Assembly: GCA_040112665.1 (NCBI GenBank)
Contig: CP157796.1
Span: forward strand, 186,813 to 250,812
Direction: 5' to 3'
Length of the DNA: 64,000 nucleotides
DNA from: Oceanicaulis sp.
Lineage (GTDB): Bacteria; Pseudomonadota; Alphaproteobacteria; Caulobacterales; Maricaulaceae
The position numbers were made by a program, and so were the translations under genes. Positions 52,935 to 63,897 of the stretch are shown here, piece after piece; position 1 is the stretch's first letter, and each line of letters opens with the position of its first letter. The notes under the pieces are model-generated. The model ran no database searches. It saw only the letters and a program-made list of their open reading frames with translations, and was not told the DNA's origin.

Positions 52935-55622
52935 CTAGAACTGCTTGCGCAGGGTCAGGCCGTAGGTGCGCGGCTGGTTCGGATAGGTCGAGAACGAGCC
53001 GGGCTGCAGCGTCGTCGGGAAGCCCGAGGTGTAGTACTCGTCCTCGTTCAGGTTCCGGGCCCAGACGAGGGCTTCGAGACCGTTGTTGAGGTTCACGCCG
53101 ACAGAGGCGTTGAGCGTACCCACTTCACGGGTGATCGACTCCGGCAGGTTCTCCAGAAGACGGACTTCCGAAGCGTACTGGTAGTCCGCGCGGACGAACC
53201 ATTCGCCGGCGTTGAAGTCACGCATGTACTGGAAGCCGAAGGAGCCGGAGAATTCCGGGATCCCCGCGACGCTCGCGCCGGAGAGATCGCCGCGGCCGTT
53301 CGGAATGCCGTCGGTCAGGTCCGCCGGGCTGCCGGTGACGACCGGCGCGCCGGGGAAGCTGTCGTACTCCGCTTCCATCCAGATGCCGGCCAGGTTCAGG
53401 GTCAGACCCGGAATGGCGGACGGGTTGATGGAGCTGTCGAACTCCAGGCCCTTGCTGGACTGCTCACCGGCGTTGATCACCGCGAAGCCGGCGCCCTGGA
53501 AGACCGAGGACTGGAAGTCCGTGACGGTCTGGTCGAAGTAAGCGACGTTCAGGAAGCCCCAGTCGAACTGGCTCTTGAAGCCGATCTCGAAGGTTTCCGT
53601 GATTTCCGGCCGGGCGAAACGCTGGCTGCCGTAGACGCCGAGCGCGATCGCGGTGTTCACCGCGAACGGCGCGCCGGGGATGGCGGTGTCGGCGGCCAGT
53701 TCGTTCGCGGCCGCGAGCGCGGCCACGTCGGCCACGTCAGGACGGGTGTCCGGCGTCAGGTTCCAGGACGACGCCTTGAAACCGCGCGCAAACGAGGCGT
53801 AGACGTTGAAGCTGTCGTTCACGTCGTAAGCCAGCCGGAGCGTGTACGGCCAGTCGGAGTCGTCGGTCTTGCCGTCTTCCACCGAGTTCGGGAACGGCGT
53901 GAGCGGGCCGAGCGGCTGCAGGCCCTGCTCGAACAGCGTCAGAAGCGGGTTCGCCAGAGGCGCGCCGCTGCTGGGGAACACCGTCGATGCGCCGGCCGCA
54001 GCAGATTGAAGCGCGGCGAAGACCGCCGGGTTGGCGCCCGCGAACGCGGCGATGTCGCCGGGTCCGGGGTTCGGCGGGCCTGCGTAAAGCGGGTTGGCGG
54101 CGACCAGCCCCTGCAGCAGCAGGCCTTCCCCGATGTCGACCAGATTGAGATCCGAGAACGGGTTGGTCCGGATCACGTTGGTGAAGTCGACTTCCTTCTC
54201 GCTCTTGAAGTAGGCGAGACCGGCGGTCAGGGTCAGACGGTCGGTGAGGTCGAAATCGACCTGACCGAAGATCTGCATCTGGTTGTCGGACTGTTCGGCG
54301 GTGAAGCGGGTGCCGCCGCCGGCCGCGAAGAAGGTGCCCGCCGTGAAGGGGCTGGACGCTTCGATGGCGGTGATGGCGCTGGTCGATGCATCGGGAATCA
54401 CCACGCCCGGCGCAATCGTGATCGTGCCCGTCGCGGTCAGAAGATCGACATAGTCGCGCGTGTCGGCACCGTAGATCCGCGAGTCGTCGGCCGTCATGTC
54501 TTCATTGGAGAAGAACGCGCCGAGCAGGTAGAAGGCCCGGTTGTTCCAGTCGCCGGTCAGGCGGAATTCCTGGGTGAAGGTGTCCACGTCCAGGCCGCGC
54601 ACGTTTTCGCCGAGCAGCGAAAGCGTGGTGAAGTCGCCTTCGTAGTCCACGAAGTCGTTGTAGACCCGGTACGAGGTGATGGAGCTCAGCGTCATCGTGT
54701 CGTTGAGGTTCCAGTCCGCCTGGAGCGACACGCCGCCGTTCTCGATCTTGTTCTCGTTCGCGAAATCGGTCGCGATCTGATAGTTGAAGCCCGCGCCCGC
54801 AGAGGTCTGCCCGCCGAGCACGTTGCGGATCAGCGGCGCGGTGTCGCCGTCGATCACGCGATCGGTGCCGCAGCACTTCTCGTCGATCTCGTCATAGTCG
54901 GCGATCAGGCGCAGCTCGAAATTGTCGGTCGGCACGAACAGCAGCTGACCGCGCACCGCCCAGCGGTCGCGATCGTTGAAATCGCCGCCGGTGCCGACGT
55001 TTTCGTAGTAGCCGTCACGGGTGTTGCGGCTGCCCGACAGCGAGAAGGCCAGGTTCTCGGTGAGCGGGCCGGTGACCGAGCCCTTCAGGATACGCTGGTT
55101 GTAGTTGCCGATGGTCGCTTCGGCGACGCCGCCGAATTCGAACTCCGGCTCCTGGGTCACGATGCTGACCACGCCGGCGGTCGCGTTCTTGCCGAACAGG
55201 GTCGACTGCGGGCCGCGCAGCACTTCGACGCGCTCGATGCCCATCAGGTCGGAGATCACCGTGCCGGCGCGCGCCCGGAAGACGCCGTCGATATAGACCG
55301 CGACCGACGGCTCGATGCCGGGGTTGTTCGCCCCGTTGCCCTGACCGCGGATGATGAAGGTGGCGTTCGAGCTGCGCTCGAGCTGGCTGACGCGGAGCGC
55401 CGGGATGACCGACTGAAGGTCGATGGCGTCGATGATCTGGGCGTTCTCGATCGTCTCGGCCTGAACGACCGTGACCGCGATCGGCACTTCCTGCAGCGTC
55501 TGTTCACGCTTCTGGGCGGTGACGGTGATGATGTCCGGCGACTGCGCGTACGCGCCGGTGGTGACGAGACCGGCGGCGAGCGCGGAGGCTCCAAGCGCGG
55601 CCGCTTTGAACGAACGTTTCAT
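52935..55622 (-). CDS. TonB-dependent receptor (large, 895 aa)
   Basis: Signal peptide ending in AYAQ. Plug motifs (ITVTAQKREQTLQEVPIAVTVV, VEVLRGPQSTLFGKNATAGVV). Terminal ...YGLTLRKQF. SD is GGAGGA. Confidence 0.9.
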   Translation of the reverse strand: MKRSFKAAALGASALAAGLVTTGAYAQSPDIITVTAQKREQTLQEVPIAVTVVQAETIENAQIIDAIDLQSVIPALRVSQLERSSNATFIIRGQGNGANNPGIEPSVAVYIDGVFRARAGTVISDLMGIERVEVLRGPQSTLFGKNATAGVVSIVTQEPEFEFGGVAEATIGNYNQRILKGSVTGPLTENLAFSLSGSRNTRDGYYENVGTGGDFNDRDRWAVRGQLLFVPTDNFELRLIADYDEIDEKCCGTDRVIDGDTAPLIRNVLGGQTSAGAGFNYQIATDFANENKIENGGVSLQADWNLNDTMTLSSITSYRVYNDFVDYEGDFTTLSLLGENVRGLDVDTFTQEFRLTGDWNNRAFYLLGAFFSNEDMTADDSRIYGADTRDYVDLLTATGTITIAPGVVIPDASTSAITAIEASSPFTAGTFFAAGGGTRFTAEQSDNQMQIFGQVDFDLTDRLTLTAGLAYFKSEKEVDFTNVIRTNPFSDLNLVDIGEGLLLQGLVAANPLYAGPPNPGPGDIAAFAGANPAVFAALQSAAAGASTVFPSSGAPLANPLLTLFEQGLQPLGPLTPFPNSVEDGKTDDSDWPYTLRLAYDVNDSFNVYASFARGFKASSWNLTPDTRPDVADVAALAAANELAADTAIPGAPFAVNTAIALGVYGSQRFARPEITETFEIGFKSQFDWGFLNVAYFDQTVTDFQSSVFQGAGFAVINAGEQSSKGLEFDSSINPSAIPGLTLNLAGIWMEAEYDSFPGAPVVTGSPADLTDGIPNGRGDLSGASVAGIPEFSGSFGFQYMRDFNAGEWFVRADYQYASEVRLLENLPESITREVGTLNASVGVNLNNGLEALVWARNLNEDEYYTSGFPTTLQPGSFSTYPNQPRTYGLTLRKQF

Positions 55623-55781
55623 ATCGGGCTTCCTCCCCCTGATGTTGAGCGGACGGCGGCTCTTAAGACCGACTCCCCCGCATTAAAGAGGAGCTTACGC
55701 CGCAATCGCGCCCTTTGTCATGCAGAGTTCGTGCCCGTTTCGTTAACCGTGGCGTTTTCGACACAGCGCTTATGGGGATAT

Positions 55782-56228
55782 TCAACCCGCCCGGCGCGGC
55801 GGCGGGGTCAGGGCCGCGAAGAGCAGGCCCGCCGCGCCGCCGGCGATCACCTGGGCGAGGAAGCCGGTCACGGTGCGCGCGCCGGCGATCATCTGCACGC
55901 CGAAGAACACCTGCTCCATCAGAAAAAGCGCCACCGCGACGCAGACCGCGCCCGCACCGGCGAAGACGATCGTCCTGAGCCCGGTGAACCGGTTGAGCGC
56001 CGATCCGGCCAGAAAGGCCACCAGCAGGCCGATCCCCAGGATCGCGCCGTAGAGCGGACCCAGCCCGGCGAGGTCGTAGGCGATCATCGAGACCGCCGGC
56101 CCGGCTGAAATCTCCGCGCCGATCTCTTCGAGCATGCCGATGACGAAGGCCGACTGCAGGGCGGTGGCGAGCACGGCCAGCACGATCGTGGCGGCGAGCC
56201 ACCCGCCGATCCATTTCAGAACGCCCAT
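55782..56228 (-). CDS. hypothetical 4-TM membrane protein
   Basis: 148 aa, very hydrophobic, with a strong SD (GGGGAGGGGG). No family recognised. Confidence 0.55.
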   Translation of the reverse strand: MGVLKWIGGWLAATIVLAVLATALQSAFVIGMLEEIGAEISAGPAVSMIAYDLAGLGPLYGAILGIGLLVAFLAGSALNRFTGLRTIVFAGAGAVCVAVALFLMEQVFFGVQMIAGARTVTGFLAQVIAGGAAGLLFAALTPPPRRAG

Positions 56229-56344
56229 CGCCCCCTCCCCTTCAAGGCTTGGCCCGGCCCGCGCGCCGGGTCATCATGGCCGGAAGCATGACCCGGACGC
56301 GCCGCCGCGCCAAGACCCCGGGCCGTCTTAGGGGAGCGACGTCC

Positions 56345-57484
56345 ATGATCCGTATCGCAGCGCCGGCCGCCGCCGGGCTTTGTCTCGCCGCCTGTATCGC
56401 CGAGCCTGAAGCGCCTGAGCTCGCCGAGATCGACCCCGCCACCTACGCGGTCGAGGTCGTCGCAGGCGGGCTCGCCCATCCCTGGGACATCGCCTTCCTG
56501 CCCGGCGGGGACATGCTGGTGACCGAGCGGCCGGGACGGCTGCGGGTGATATCGGGCGGGGTGCTGCAGGACGAGCCGGTCAGCGGGGTCCCCGAGGTCT
56601 ACGCCGAAGGCCAGGGCGGGCTGCTCGAGATCATGCTCGCGCCGGACTTCGCCGACAGCCGCATCGTTTATATCAGCTACGCCTCCGGCGACGCGGAGGC
56701 GAACGCCACCTCGGTGATGAAGGCGCGCTACGAGGACGGGGCGCTCACAGGCGGCGAGGTCATTTTCACCTCCAGCCCGGCCAAGGACACGACCACCCAT
56801 TTCGGCGGCCGCATGGCGGTCCTGCCCGACAGCTCGATCGTGCTGACTCTGGGCGACGGCTTCGCATATCGCGAACAGGCCCAGCTCGCCACCAACCATC
56901 TCGGAACGATCGTGCGGTTCACGCCCGGCGGCGCGCCTGCGCCGGGCAATCCCTTCATCGACCAGGACGGCCCTGCGGCGTTTGTCTGGTCCTACGGTCA
57001 CCGCAACGTGCAGGGGATCGTCTTCGACGCGCAGAGCGGTCTGCTCTACGCCCACGAGCACGGTCCAGAAGGCGGCGACGAGCTCAATCTCATCGAGCGC
57101 GGGGGCAATTACGGCTGGCCGATCGTCACCGGCGGGGTGGACTATAACGGCGCGCGCATCAGCCCCTACACCGATCACGAAGCGCACGGCTTCATCGCGC
57201 CGATGATCGAATGGACGCCCTCGATCGCGCCGGGCGGCATGACGCTTTACGACGGCGCGCTCTTCGAAGACTGGCGGGGCGATCTGTTCGTCAGCGCGTT
57301 GTCAGAGCGCGCGATCCACCGCATCGATCTCGACGCCTCGGGCGCGGTGCAGAGCGAAGAAGTCATGCTGACCGAACGCGGCCAGCGCTTCCGCCAGATC
57401 GCCACCGGCCCTGACGGGGCGCTGTACGTGCTGACCGACGGCGGCGGCGACGGCGAGGTCCTGAGGATCACCCCCGCCGGATAG
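56345..57484 (+). CDS. PQQ-dependent sugar dehydrogenase lipoprotein (paralog of 18564..19724)
   Basis: 379 aa from MIRIAAPAAAGLCLAAC (lipobox). PWDIAFLPGGDMLVTER, GHRNVQG and NYGWP. Confidence 0.85.
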   Translation: MIRIAAPAAAGLCLAACIAEPEAPELAEIDPATYAVEVVAGGLAHPWDIAFLPGGDMLVTERPGRLRVISGGVLQDEPVSGVPEVYAEGQGGLLEIMLAPDFADSRIVYISYASGDAEANATSVMKARYEDGALTGGEVIFTSSPAKDTTTHFGGRMAVLPDSSIVLTLGDGFAYREQAQLATNHLGTIVRFTPGGAPAPGNPFIDQDGPAAFVWSYGHRNVQGIVFDAQSGLLYAHEHGPEGGDELNLIERGGNYGWPIVTGGVDYNGARISPYTDHEAHGFIAPMIEWTPSIAPGGMTLYDGALFEDWRGDLFVSALSERAIHRIDLDASGAVQSEEVMLTERGQRFRQIATGPDGALYVLTDGGGDGEVLRITPAG

Positions 57485-57485
57485 A

Positions 57486-59816
57486 TCAACCCGGCGACAG
57501 CGTCAGCACCCGCGCGCCCTCGGGCGGCGCGTCCGGACCCCAATCGTCGCGGATCTCGAAATACTCCCCGCGCGCCCAGCGCTCTGCGAGATCGCCGTGA
57601 TGGGGCGAGAGCGGATGGCCGCTCTGTCCCGGCGCATGCATGTAAAGCGACCGGTTGAGGTCGGCGAGGTCGTAGATCGCGCGCATGGAGGCGGCGTGGA
57701 AGGCGTCGTAGCTGCCTGAGCGATAGCTGAAATGCGCGACGTTGACCGTCGACCCGTCGCCGGGAACCGGCACGCGGTTTTCGAACATGCCGCCCAGCAG
57801 CGGCAGCCCGCCCAGCGGATGGTCGAAAACCGCCTGATGCGCCTCGCCCCAGCGCCAGGCGTCGATGTCGCGGCCGAACCGCCGCGCGGTCTCCGCCATC
57901 GCCGCGTCCAGCGCCAGCCCCGCGGTCACAGCGCAGGTCTCCACCGTCTCTTCGGTGCGCACGTCGTCGCACCAGCTCGAGGCCGAACCGGTCAGCGCCT
58001 CCTCCATGAAAGCGCGGCGCGGCTGGTTGAAGGCCGGCGCGGCGGGCCCGAGTTCGTCGGACCAGAGCGCCGGCGCCAGAACGCGCAGCCAGGCTGAGAC
58101 GATCAGCGCTTCAGGCCCGTCCGCATCGAGCGCGCCGTCCCAGGTTTCCAGCCGCCCCAGCGCCTCAGCGCCGAGCTGGGTTTCCGGTTCAGCGCCCAGA
58201 AGCGCGGGCATGATCCGGCGGACCTGCTCGCTCACCACGTCCATCTGCATCGCCTTGAAGCTTTCAAGGTCGTGGCGCTCGACCGCTTCGATCATCTCTT
58301 CGATGCGCGGCGCGCGATAGACGCCGTAGCTGCCCGGCAGCGGATAGGGATAGGCCGCGCCTGCGACGAGATTATTGCCCGAGGCGATGAAGCCGCCGCG
58401 GGGGTTCTTCACCCGGGGCAGCTCCTCGAACGGCACGAAGCCGGTCCAGTCGCCGGTTTCAGGATCGCGGATCGGCAGAAGCCCCGCGGTGGTGTAGCCG
58501 ATCGTGCCGTCCACCCCGGCGTAATGCATGTTCTGCATCGGCGCGGTGTAGCCCCAGCTCGCGGCGACGAACCCGTCCCAGCCCTCGGCGAGCATGATCT
58601 GATAGGCCGCGTCCGCGCCGCGATTGCCCGGATCGTCGAGCGTGGAGCGGCGCACCACCAGCGCGTCGGGATCGAAGGCGGACAGCTCGAACCATTCGCG
58701 ATTCAGCACCGGACCTTCATCGGTCTCGCGCACGGTGATGGTCACCGGGCCGCGGCGGCCGCGCACCTCGATCTCTTCGGTGCGCTCGGTGGCGGTGACC
58801 GCTTCGGGGTCGCGCTCGACCAGATCGATCACGTCGAACCCGGTGTTGGTGAAGCCCCAGGCGCCGTGCGCGTTGCGGCCCAGCAGCACGAAGGGCGCGC
58901 CCGGCGCGGTCACCCCGATCACCGGCCCGCCGGAAAGCTGCAGGCGGACGTAATACCAGATCGACGGGCTGGAGAGCCCCAGATGCGGATCGTTGGCCAG
59001 GAGCGGCCGACCCGTCGCAGAGCGCCGGCCCGCGACGATCCAGGCGTTCGATCCGGGCATGTTGTCGGGCTGCGCGCCCGGTTCGGGCAGGCTCTGCGCC
59101 GGAGCGAGCTCCTGCACCCGCACCTCGTCCATGGCGGCGCGCACGTCGGCGTCCTTCAGCGTTGTCGGCGCCCAGTCGGGAAAGCCCGCCATGAATTCAG
59201 CGCGCTTGTCCGCGTCGAGAATGTCGCGTAGGCGGGCCCGCTCGACGTCTTCGCCGGCCCCGGCGGCGAGGTCGTCGGCGAAGCTCAGCATCACCGCCGC
59301 GCTGTCGGCGATCGTCCAGGGCTCGGGTCTGGCCCGCAGAAGCACGTATTCGGGCGCGACGGGGCCTTCGGCGAGCCGGGCGTTGATCCCGGCGACATAA
59401 GCCTCGACCGCGGCGCGGGTCTCCGGGCTCATCTCGTCTACGAGGGACTCGGTGATGGCGGCGTAGCCCATCGTCCGGGTGCGCGCGTCGGCGGCGATGT
59501 AATCGGGGCCGAACAGCGCGGCCAGCCGGCCCCGGACATAGCGCCGGATCAGGTCCATCTGGAAGAAGCGTTCCGAGGCGTGGGTGTGACCGAGCGCGAA
59601 GAACACCGCCGCGTCGGTCTCGCCGAAAATATGGGCGACGCCGTTCGCATCGCGGATCACCCGGGCCGGCGCGTCCAGACCGGCCGCGTCGATCCGGCCC
59701 GAAGTGACGGGCTTTGAGGCGTTGAACCGTTCGACGAGAAAAGCCGAGGCTGCGACCCCCAGCACCACGACCAGCACGCCGAGCGCGAACGCGCCCCTGG
59801 CGATCCATTTGAACAT
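57486..59816 (-). CDS. penicillin acylase family Ntn-hydrolase (AHL/siderophore-acylase-like)
   Basis: 776 aa. N-terminal TM/signal segment, the alpha/beta junction with nucleophile Ser in PGSNAWIVAG, and family blocks RDANGVAHI and FFQMDL.RR. Confidence 0.88.
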   Translation of the reverse strand: MFKWIARGAFALGVLVVVLGVAASAFLVERFNASKPVTSGRIDAAGLDAPARVIRDANGVAHIFGETDAAVFFALGHTHASERFFQMDLIRRYVRGRLAALFGPDYIAADARTRTMGYAAITESLVDEMSPETRAAVEAYVAGINARLAEGPVAPEYVLLRARPEPWTIADSAAVMLSFADDLAAGAGEDVERARLRDILDADKRAEFMAGFPDWAPTTLKDADVRAAMDEVRVQELAPAQSLPEPGAQPDNMPGSNAWIVAGRRSATGRPLLANDPHLGLSSPSIWYYVRLQLSGGPVIGVTAPGAPFVLLGRNAHGAWGFTNTGFDVIDLVERDPEAVTATERTEEIEVRGRRGPVTITVRETDEGPVLNREWFELSAFDPDALVVRRSTLDDPGNRGADAAYQIMLAEGWDGFVAASWGYTAPMQNMHYAGVDGTIGYTTAGLLPIRDPETGDWTGFVPFEELPRVKNPRGGFIASGNNLVAGAAYPYPLPGSYGVYRAPRIEEMIEAVERHDLESFKAMQMDVVSEQVRRIMPALLGAEPETQLGAEALGRLETWDGALDADGPEALIVSAWLRVLAPALWSDELGPAAPAFNQPRRAFMEEALTGSASSWCDDVRTEETVETCAVTAGLALDAAMAETARRFGRDIDAWRWGEAHQAVFDHPLGGLPLLGGMFENRVPVPGDGSTVNVAHFSYRSGSYDAFHAASMRAIYDLADLNRSLYMHAPGQSGHPLSPHHGDLAERWARGEYFEIRDDWGPDAPPEGARVLTLSPG

Positions 59817-59943
59817 CAGGCCCCTCCCCCTCGAACGTGACGCGGCGCGAGCCCCGCCTTGGCGCGCCGCGAAGCCGCCGGGCGTTTCCCCGCCGCATGC
59901 GCCGCACTAGTGTCTGCGCACGCAGATAACGGCGATTCGGATC

Positions 59944-60543
59944 ATGACCGCTTCAGGACCGGAAATCGAACGGCTCATCCAGCTGCTGGCCAAGCTGCCG
60001 GGTCTCGGCCCGCGCTCGGCGCGGCGCGCGGCGCTGCAGCTGTTTCAAAAGCGCGAGGCGGTGATGATCCCGCTGGCCGAAGCCCTGGGCGAGGCGGCGC
60101 GGAAGATCACCGCCTGCGCGTCCTGCGGCAATCTCGACGTCACCGATCCGTGCGCGATCTGCCGGGACCCCAGGCGTGACGAGTCGGTGATCTGCGTGGT
60201 CGAGACGGTCGGCGATCTCTGGGCGCTCGAGCGAGCCGGCGCGTTCCGCGGCCGCTATCACGTGCTCGGCGGCGTGCTGAGCGCGCTGGACGGGATCGGC
60301 CCGGAAGAGCTCAACGTCGCAGGGCTCATCGAGCGGGCGCGCGGCGAGGCGGTGAGCGAGGTGATCCTGGCGCTCAACGCCACCGTCGACGGGCAGACGA
60401 CCGCGCACTTCCTCGCCGACAAGCTCGCCGGCGCGAACGTGTCGGTGACCTCGCTCGCGCGCGGCGTGCCGGTGGGCGGCGAGCTCGACTATCTCGACGA
60501 CGGCACGCTGTCGGCCGCCTTCCGAAGCCGCCGCCCGGCCTGA
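59944..60543 (+). CDS. recR: recombination protein RecR
   Basis: 199 aa. HhH ([11 protein letters not shown]), zinc finger [16 protein letters not shown] and a Toprim domain. Confidence 0.95.
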   Translation: MTASGPEIERLIQLLAKLPGLGPRSARRAALQLFQKREAVMIPLAEALGEAARKITACASCGNLDVTDPCAICRDPRRDESVICVVETVGDLWALERAGAFRGRYHVLGGVLSALDGIGPEELNVAGLIERARGEAVSEVILALNATVDGQTTAHFLADKLAGANVSVTSLARGVPVGGELDYLDDGTLSAAFRSRRPA

Positions 60544-60547
60544 CCGG

Positions 60548-63500
60548 TCAATCCAGGCTCAGAAGCTCGGGATCGCCGCCCTGTGCGGCGATGTTGATCG
60601 TCACCGTGCGCTCCGCCGCGAACCGGGTCACATAGTTCGGACCGCCCGCCTTCGGACCGGTGCCGGACAGGCCTTCACCGCCGAAGGGCTGCACGCCCAC
60701 GACCGCGCCGATCATGTTGCGGTTGACGTAGACATTGCCCGCCGGAACCGCCTCGCGAACCGTGTTGAAGAAGCGGTCGAGCCGGGAGTGCACGCCCAGC
60801 GTCAGCCCGTAGCCCTTGGCGTGCAGCGCCGCCGCGCACTCGCCGAGCCGGGACTTCTTGTAGCGCATGACGTGCAGGATCGGCCCGAACTTCTCTTCGG
60901 TCAGCTGGTCGAGGCTGGAGATCTCCACGAGCGCGGGGGCGAAATACCGGCCCTTTTCGTTCAGCCCCTCCGCCAGGCGCGCGCGATGTAGCACCTTGGC
61001 GTTCTGCTGCATGTCTTCGAGATGGGCGGTGAGCCTGGCGTGCGCGTCCGCGTCGATGACCGGGCCGATATCGGTGGCCGGATCGGACGGATCGCCCAGG
61101 GTCAGCGCGTCCATCGCGCCCTTGATCCCTTCGATCAGGCTGTCGGCGGTCTCTTCGGGCAGGAACAGCACGCGCAGCGCCGAGCAGCGCTGACCGGCCG
61201 AACCGAACGCGCTCATCACCGCGTCGTCGATCACCTGCTCCTTGAGCGCGCTGGTGTCCACGAACATGCCGTTCAGCCCGCCGGTTTCCGCGATCAGCGG
61301 CACGATCGGCCCGTCTTTGGCGGCCAGCGTGCGGTTGATGATCCGGGCCACGTCCGTGGAGCCGGTGAAGCACACCCCGTCCACGCGTTCGAGTTCGACG
61401 AGCTTGGCGCCGATCTCCCCGCCGCCGGGCAGAAGGTTCAGAAGACCGTCAGGCAGGCCGGCCTTCCTGAACAGCTTCACCGCCTCATAGGCGATGAGCG
61501 GGCTTTGCTCCGCGGGCTTGGCGAGCACGGCGTTGCCGGCGGCCAGCGCCGCGGCGACCTGTCCGGTGAAGATCGCCAGCGGGAAATTCCACGGGCTGAT
61601 GCACACGAACACGCCCCGGCCGCGCAGTTCGAGATGGTTGGTCTCCCCCGCCGGCCCGGGCAGGCGCTGGGGACCGTTGAACTTCGTCTCGGCCTCGACC
61701 GCGTAATAGCGCAGGAAGTCGACCGCCTCGCGCACCTCGGCGACCCCGTCCGCCAGCGTTTTGCCGGTCTCGCGGGTCATCAGGGCGATGAGCCGGTCGG
61801 TGTCTTCCTCCATCAGCTCTGCGATGCGGCGCAGGATCTCGGCGCGCTCGGGCCCGCCGCGGCGGTCCCAGTCGGGCTGGGCGGCGCGGGCGCGTTCATG
61901 GGCGCGGTCGACATCGCCGGGCGTGGCGTCGCGCACGCTGGCCACGGTGAAGCCGTGATCGGCCGGGCTGGTGCGGCTCTCGCCGCCGTCTGCGAAGGCT
62001 TCGCCGTCGATGATCGGCCCGCACTCATAGGGCGCGCCTTTGTCGAACTCGGCCTGGGCTTTCGCCAGACGCTCGCGGACCGAGGCCTGGGCGAGGTCCA
62101 CCCCGGCGGAGTTCCGGCGCGCCTCGCCGTAGAGCATGTTCGGCGCGGCGATGAAGGGGTGACGGTCGAGCGTGGGCGCCATGGAGAACGGCCCGCGCGC
62201 CACGTCCTCTGCAGGCACGTCGTCGTCGAGGAAGGCGTGCACGAAGCTGGTGTTCGCACCGTTCTCAAGAAGCCGGCGCACCAGATAGGGAAGCAAATCC
62301 TCATGGCTGCCGACCGGGGCGTAGACGCGCACCGGCCCGAGATCCTCGCCCCAGGATTCCGCAGCCGCGGCGTAAAGCGGCTCGCCCATGCCGTGAAGGC
62401 GCTGGAACTCGTAAGGCGGACCGCCGGCTTCCTTGGCCACCTCGCGCACCGAGCAGACGGTGTGGGCGTTATGGGTGGCGAACTGAGGATAGATCGCTTC
62501 AGGCGCTTCGAGCATGACCCGCGCGCAGGCCAGGTAATTCATGTCGGTCGCGGGTTTGGTCGACCAGACGGGGAAGTCCTCGTGGCCGGCGATCTGGGCG
62601 TGCTTGATCTCGGTGTCCCAGTACGCGCCCTTGACCAGGCGCACCAGGAAGCGCCGGCCGGTCTGACGGCCGAGCTCGGCGACCTTCTCGAGCACGGGCA
62701 GCGCGCGCTTCTGATAGGCCTGCACGGCGAGGCCCAGCCCGCCCCAGCCTTTCAGCGAGGGCTCGCGGGCGAGGCGCTCGAGGATTTTCAGCTGGATGAC
62801 CAGCCGGTCGCTCTCCTCTGCGTCGATGCAGACCGCGATGTCGGCTTTCGCGGCTTTCTCGCACTGCTCGAGCACGCGGGGATAGAGCGTCTCCATCACC
62901 TCGGCTTCCTTGACCGCCTGATAGCGCGGGTGGAGCGCGGAGAGCTTGACCGAAACCCCGTCGACTTTCTCGATCGGGCCGTCCTGGCGCTTGGCCGCGA
63001 CCGCGTCGAGCGCTTCGAGATAGCGTTTCTGGTAGCGCCTGGCGTCGGCGTCAGTGCGCGCGCCCTCGCCCAGCATGTCGAAGCTGAAGAGCGGTTTCTG
63101 CCCGCCATACTGTTTCCAGTTCCGGCCCCGGCGGATCGCGCCCTCGATCGAGCGGCCGAGCACGAACTGCTCGCCCAGAATGCGCATGGCGCGGCGGGTG
63201 GCGGTGCGGATCACCGGCTCGCCCATCCGGCCGGCCATGCGGCGGAAATATCCGCCCGGGTCACGGCGCGCGGCCGGATCGACATTGGTGATCGAGCCGG
63301 TGAGCATCAGCCCCAGCGTGGAGGCGTTGACCAGCCAGTTGTCGGATTTCCAGGCGTGCTCGGCCCACTGACCCGAGCCGATCTTCTCGCTGATCAGATC
63401 GTCGGCGGTGTCCTTGTCGGGCACGCGCAGCAGCGCCTCGGCCAGGCACATCAGCGCCAGGCCTTCCTTGTTGGACAGGCCGAACTCCTGAAGGAAGCTC

Positions 63501-63694
63501 TCCATCAGCCCGCCGCCGCGGCGGGTCTTGCGTGCGGTCTTGACCAGCTTGACCGCCTCGTCGCCGGCGCGTTTTCGCGCCTCGTCCGACAGGCCGACCC
63601 GGCCGTCCAGCCTGCGCGCGAGTTCACGCTCGTCGGCGAATTTGTAGGCGTCGATCTCGTCCCAGGCGGTCAGGGAATCGTCGAGGTCACGCAT
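60548..63694 (-). CDS. putA: bifunctional proline dehydrogenase / L-glutamate gamma-semialdehyde dehydrogenase PutA (no N-terminal DNA-binding domain)
   Basis: 1048 aa. PRODH barrel, then ALDH motifs FTGST, ETGGLN and GQRCSA. Confidence 0.95.
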   Translation of the reverse strand: MRDLDDSLTAWDEIDAYKFADERELARRLDGRVGLSDEARKRAGDEAVKLVKTARKTRRGGGLMESFLQEFGLSNKEGLALMCLAEALLRVPDKDTADDLISEKIGSGQWAEHAWKSDNWLVNASTLGLMLTGSITNVDPAARRDPGGYFRRMAGRMGEPVIRTATRRAMRILGEQFVLGRSIEGAIRRGRNWKQYGGQKPLFSFDMLGEGARTDADARRYQKRYLEALDAVAAKRQDGPIEKVDGVSVKLSALHPRYQAVKEAEVMETLYPRVLEQCEKAAKADIAVCIDAEESDRLVIQLKILERLAREPSLKGWGGLGLAVQAYQKRALPVLEKVAELGRQTGRRFLVRLVKGAYWDTEIKHAQIAGHEDFPVWSTKPATDMNYLACARVMLEAPEAIYPQFATHNAHTVCSVREVAKEAGGPPYEFQRLHGMGEPLYAAAAESWGEDLGPVRVYAPVGSHEDLLPYLVRRLLENGANTSFVHAFLDDDVPAEDVARGPFSMAPTLDRHPFIAAPNMLYGEARRNSAGVDLAQASVRERLAKAQAEFDKGAPYECGPIIDGEAFADGGESRTSPADHGFTVASVRDATPGDVDRAHERARAAQPDWDRRGGPERAEILRRIAELMEEDTDRLIALMTRETGKTLADGVAEVREAVDFLRYYAVEAETKFNGPQRLPGPAGETNHLELRGRGVFVCISPWNFPLAIFTGQVAAALAAGNAVLAKPAEQSPLIAYEAVKLFRKAGLPDGLLNLLPGGGEIGAKLVELERVDGVCFTGSTDVARIINRTLAAKDGPIVPLIAETGGLNGMFVDTSALKEQVIDDAVMSAFGSAGQRCSALRVLFLPEETADSLIEGIKGAMDALTLGDPSDPATDIGPVIDADAHARLTAHLEDMQQNAKVLHRARLAEGLNEKGRYFAPALVEISSLDQLTEEKFGPILHVMRYKKSRLGECAAALHAKGYGLTLGVHSRLDRFFNTVREAVPAGNVYVNRNMIGAVVGVQPFGGEGLSGTGPKAGGPNYVTRFAAERTVTINIAAQGGDPELLSLD

Positions 63695-63897
63695 GAGCAG
63701 GCTCCGCTGGGGCGCGCGTCGAAGCGGCCCGGATCGCTATACTGGCGGGGACAATGGCCAAGAGTGCAGCGCGCGGCAAGTGAACCGCGCCGCGTGATCC
63801 GGCCCGCCCCGGATTTCGCTGAACGTCAGAAACGCGGCGCACCGACGCGGCGTTTCAGGACGTCAGCAGTTTCAGGGATTTGGCCGGGGCGGCGGTG

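Noticed and set aside
54006-56108. 700-aa plus-strand ORF spanning the TBDR 5' half and the next gene
   Set aside because: It is antisense to the 895-aa TonB receptor and to the 148-aa membrane protein, both of which have strong SD sequences and coherent features.
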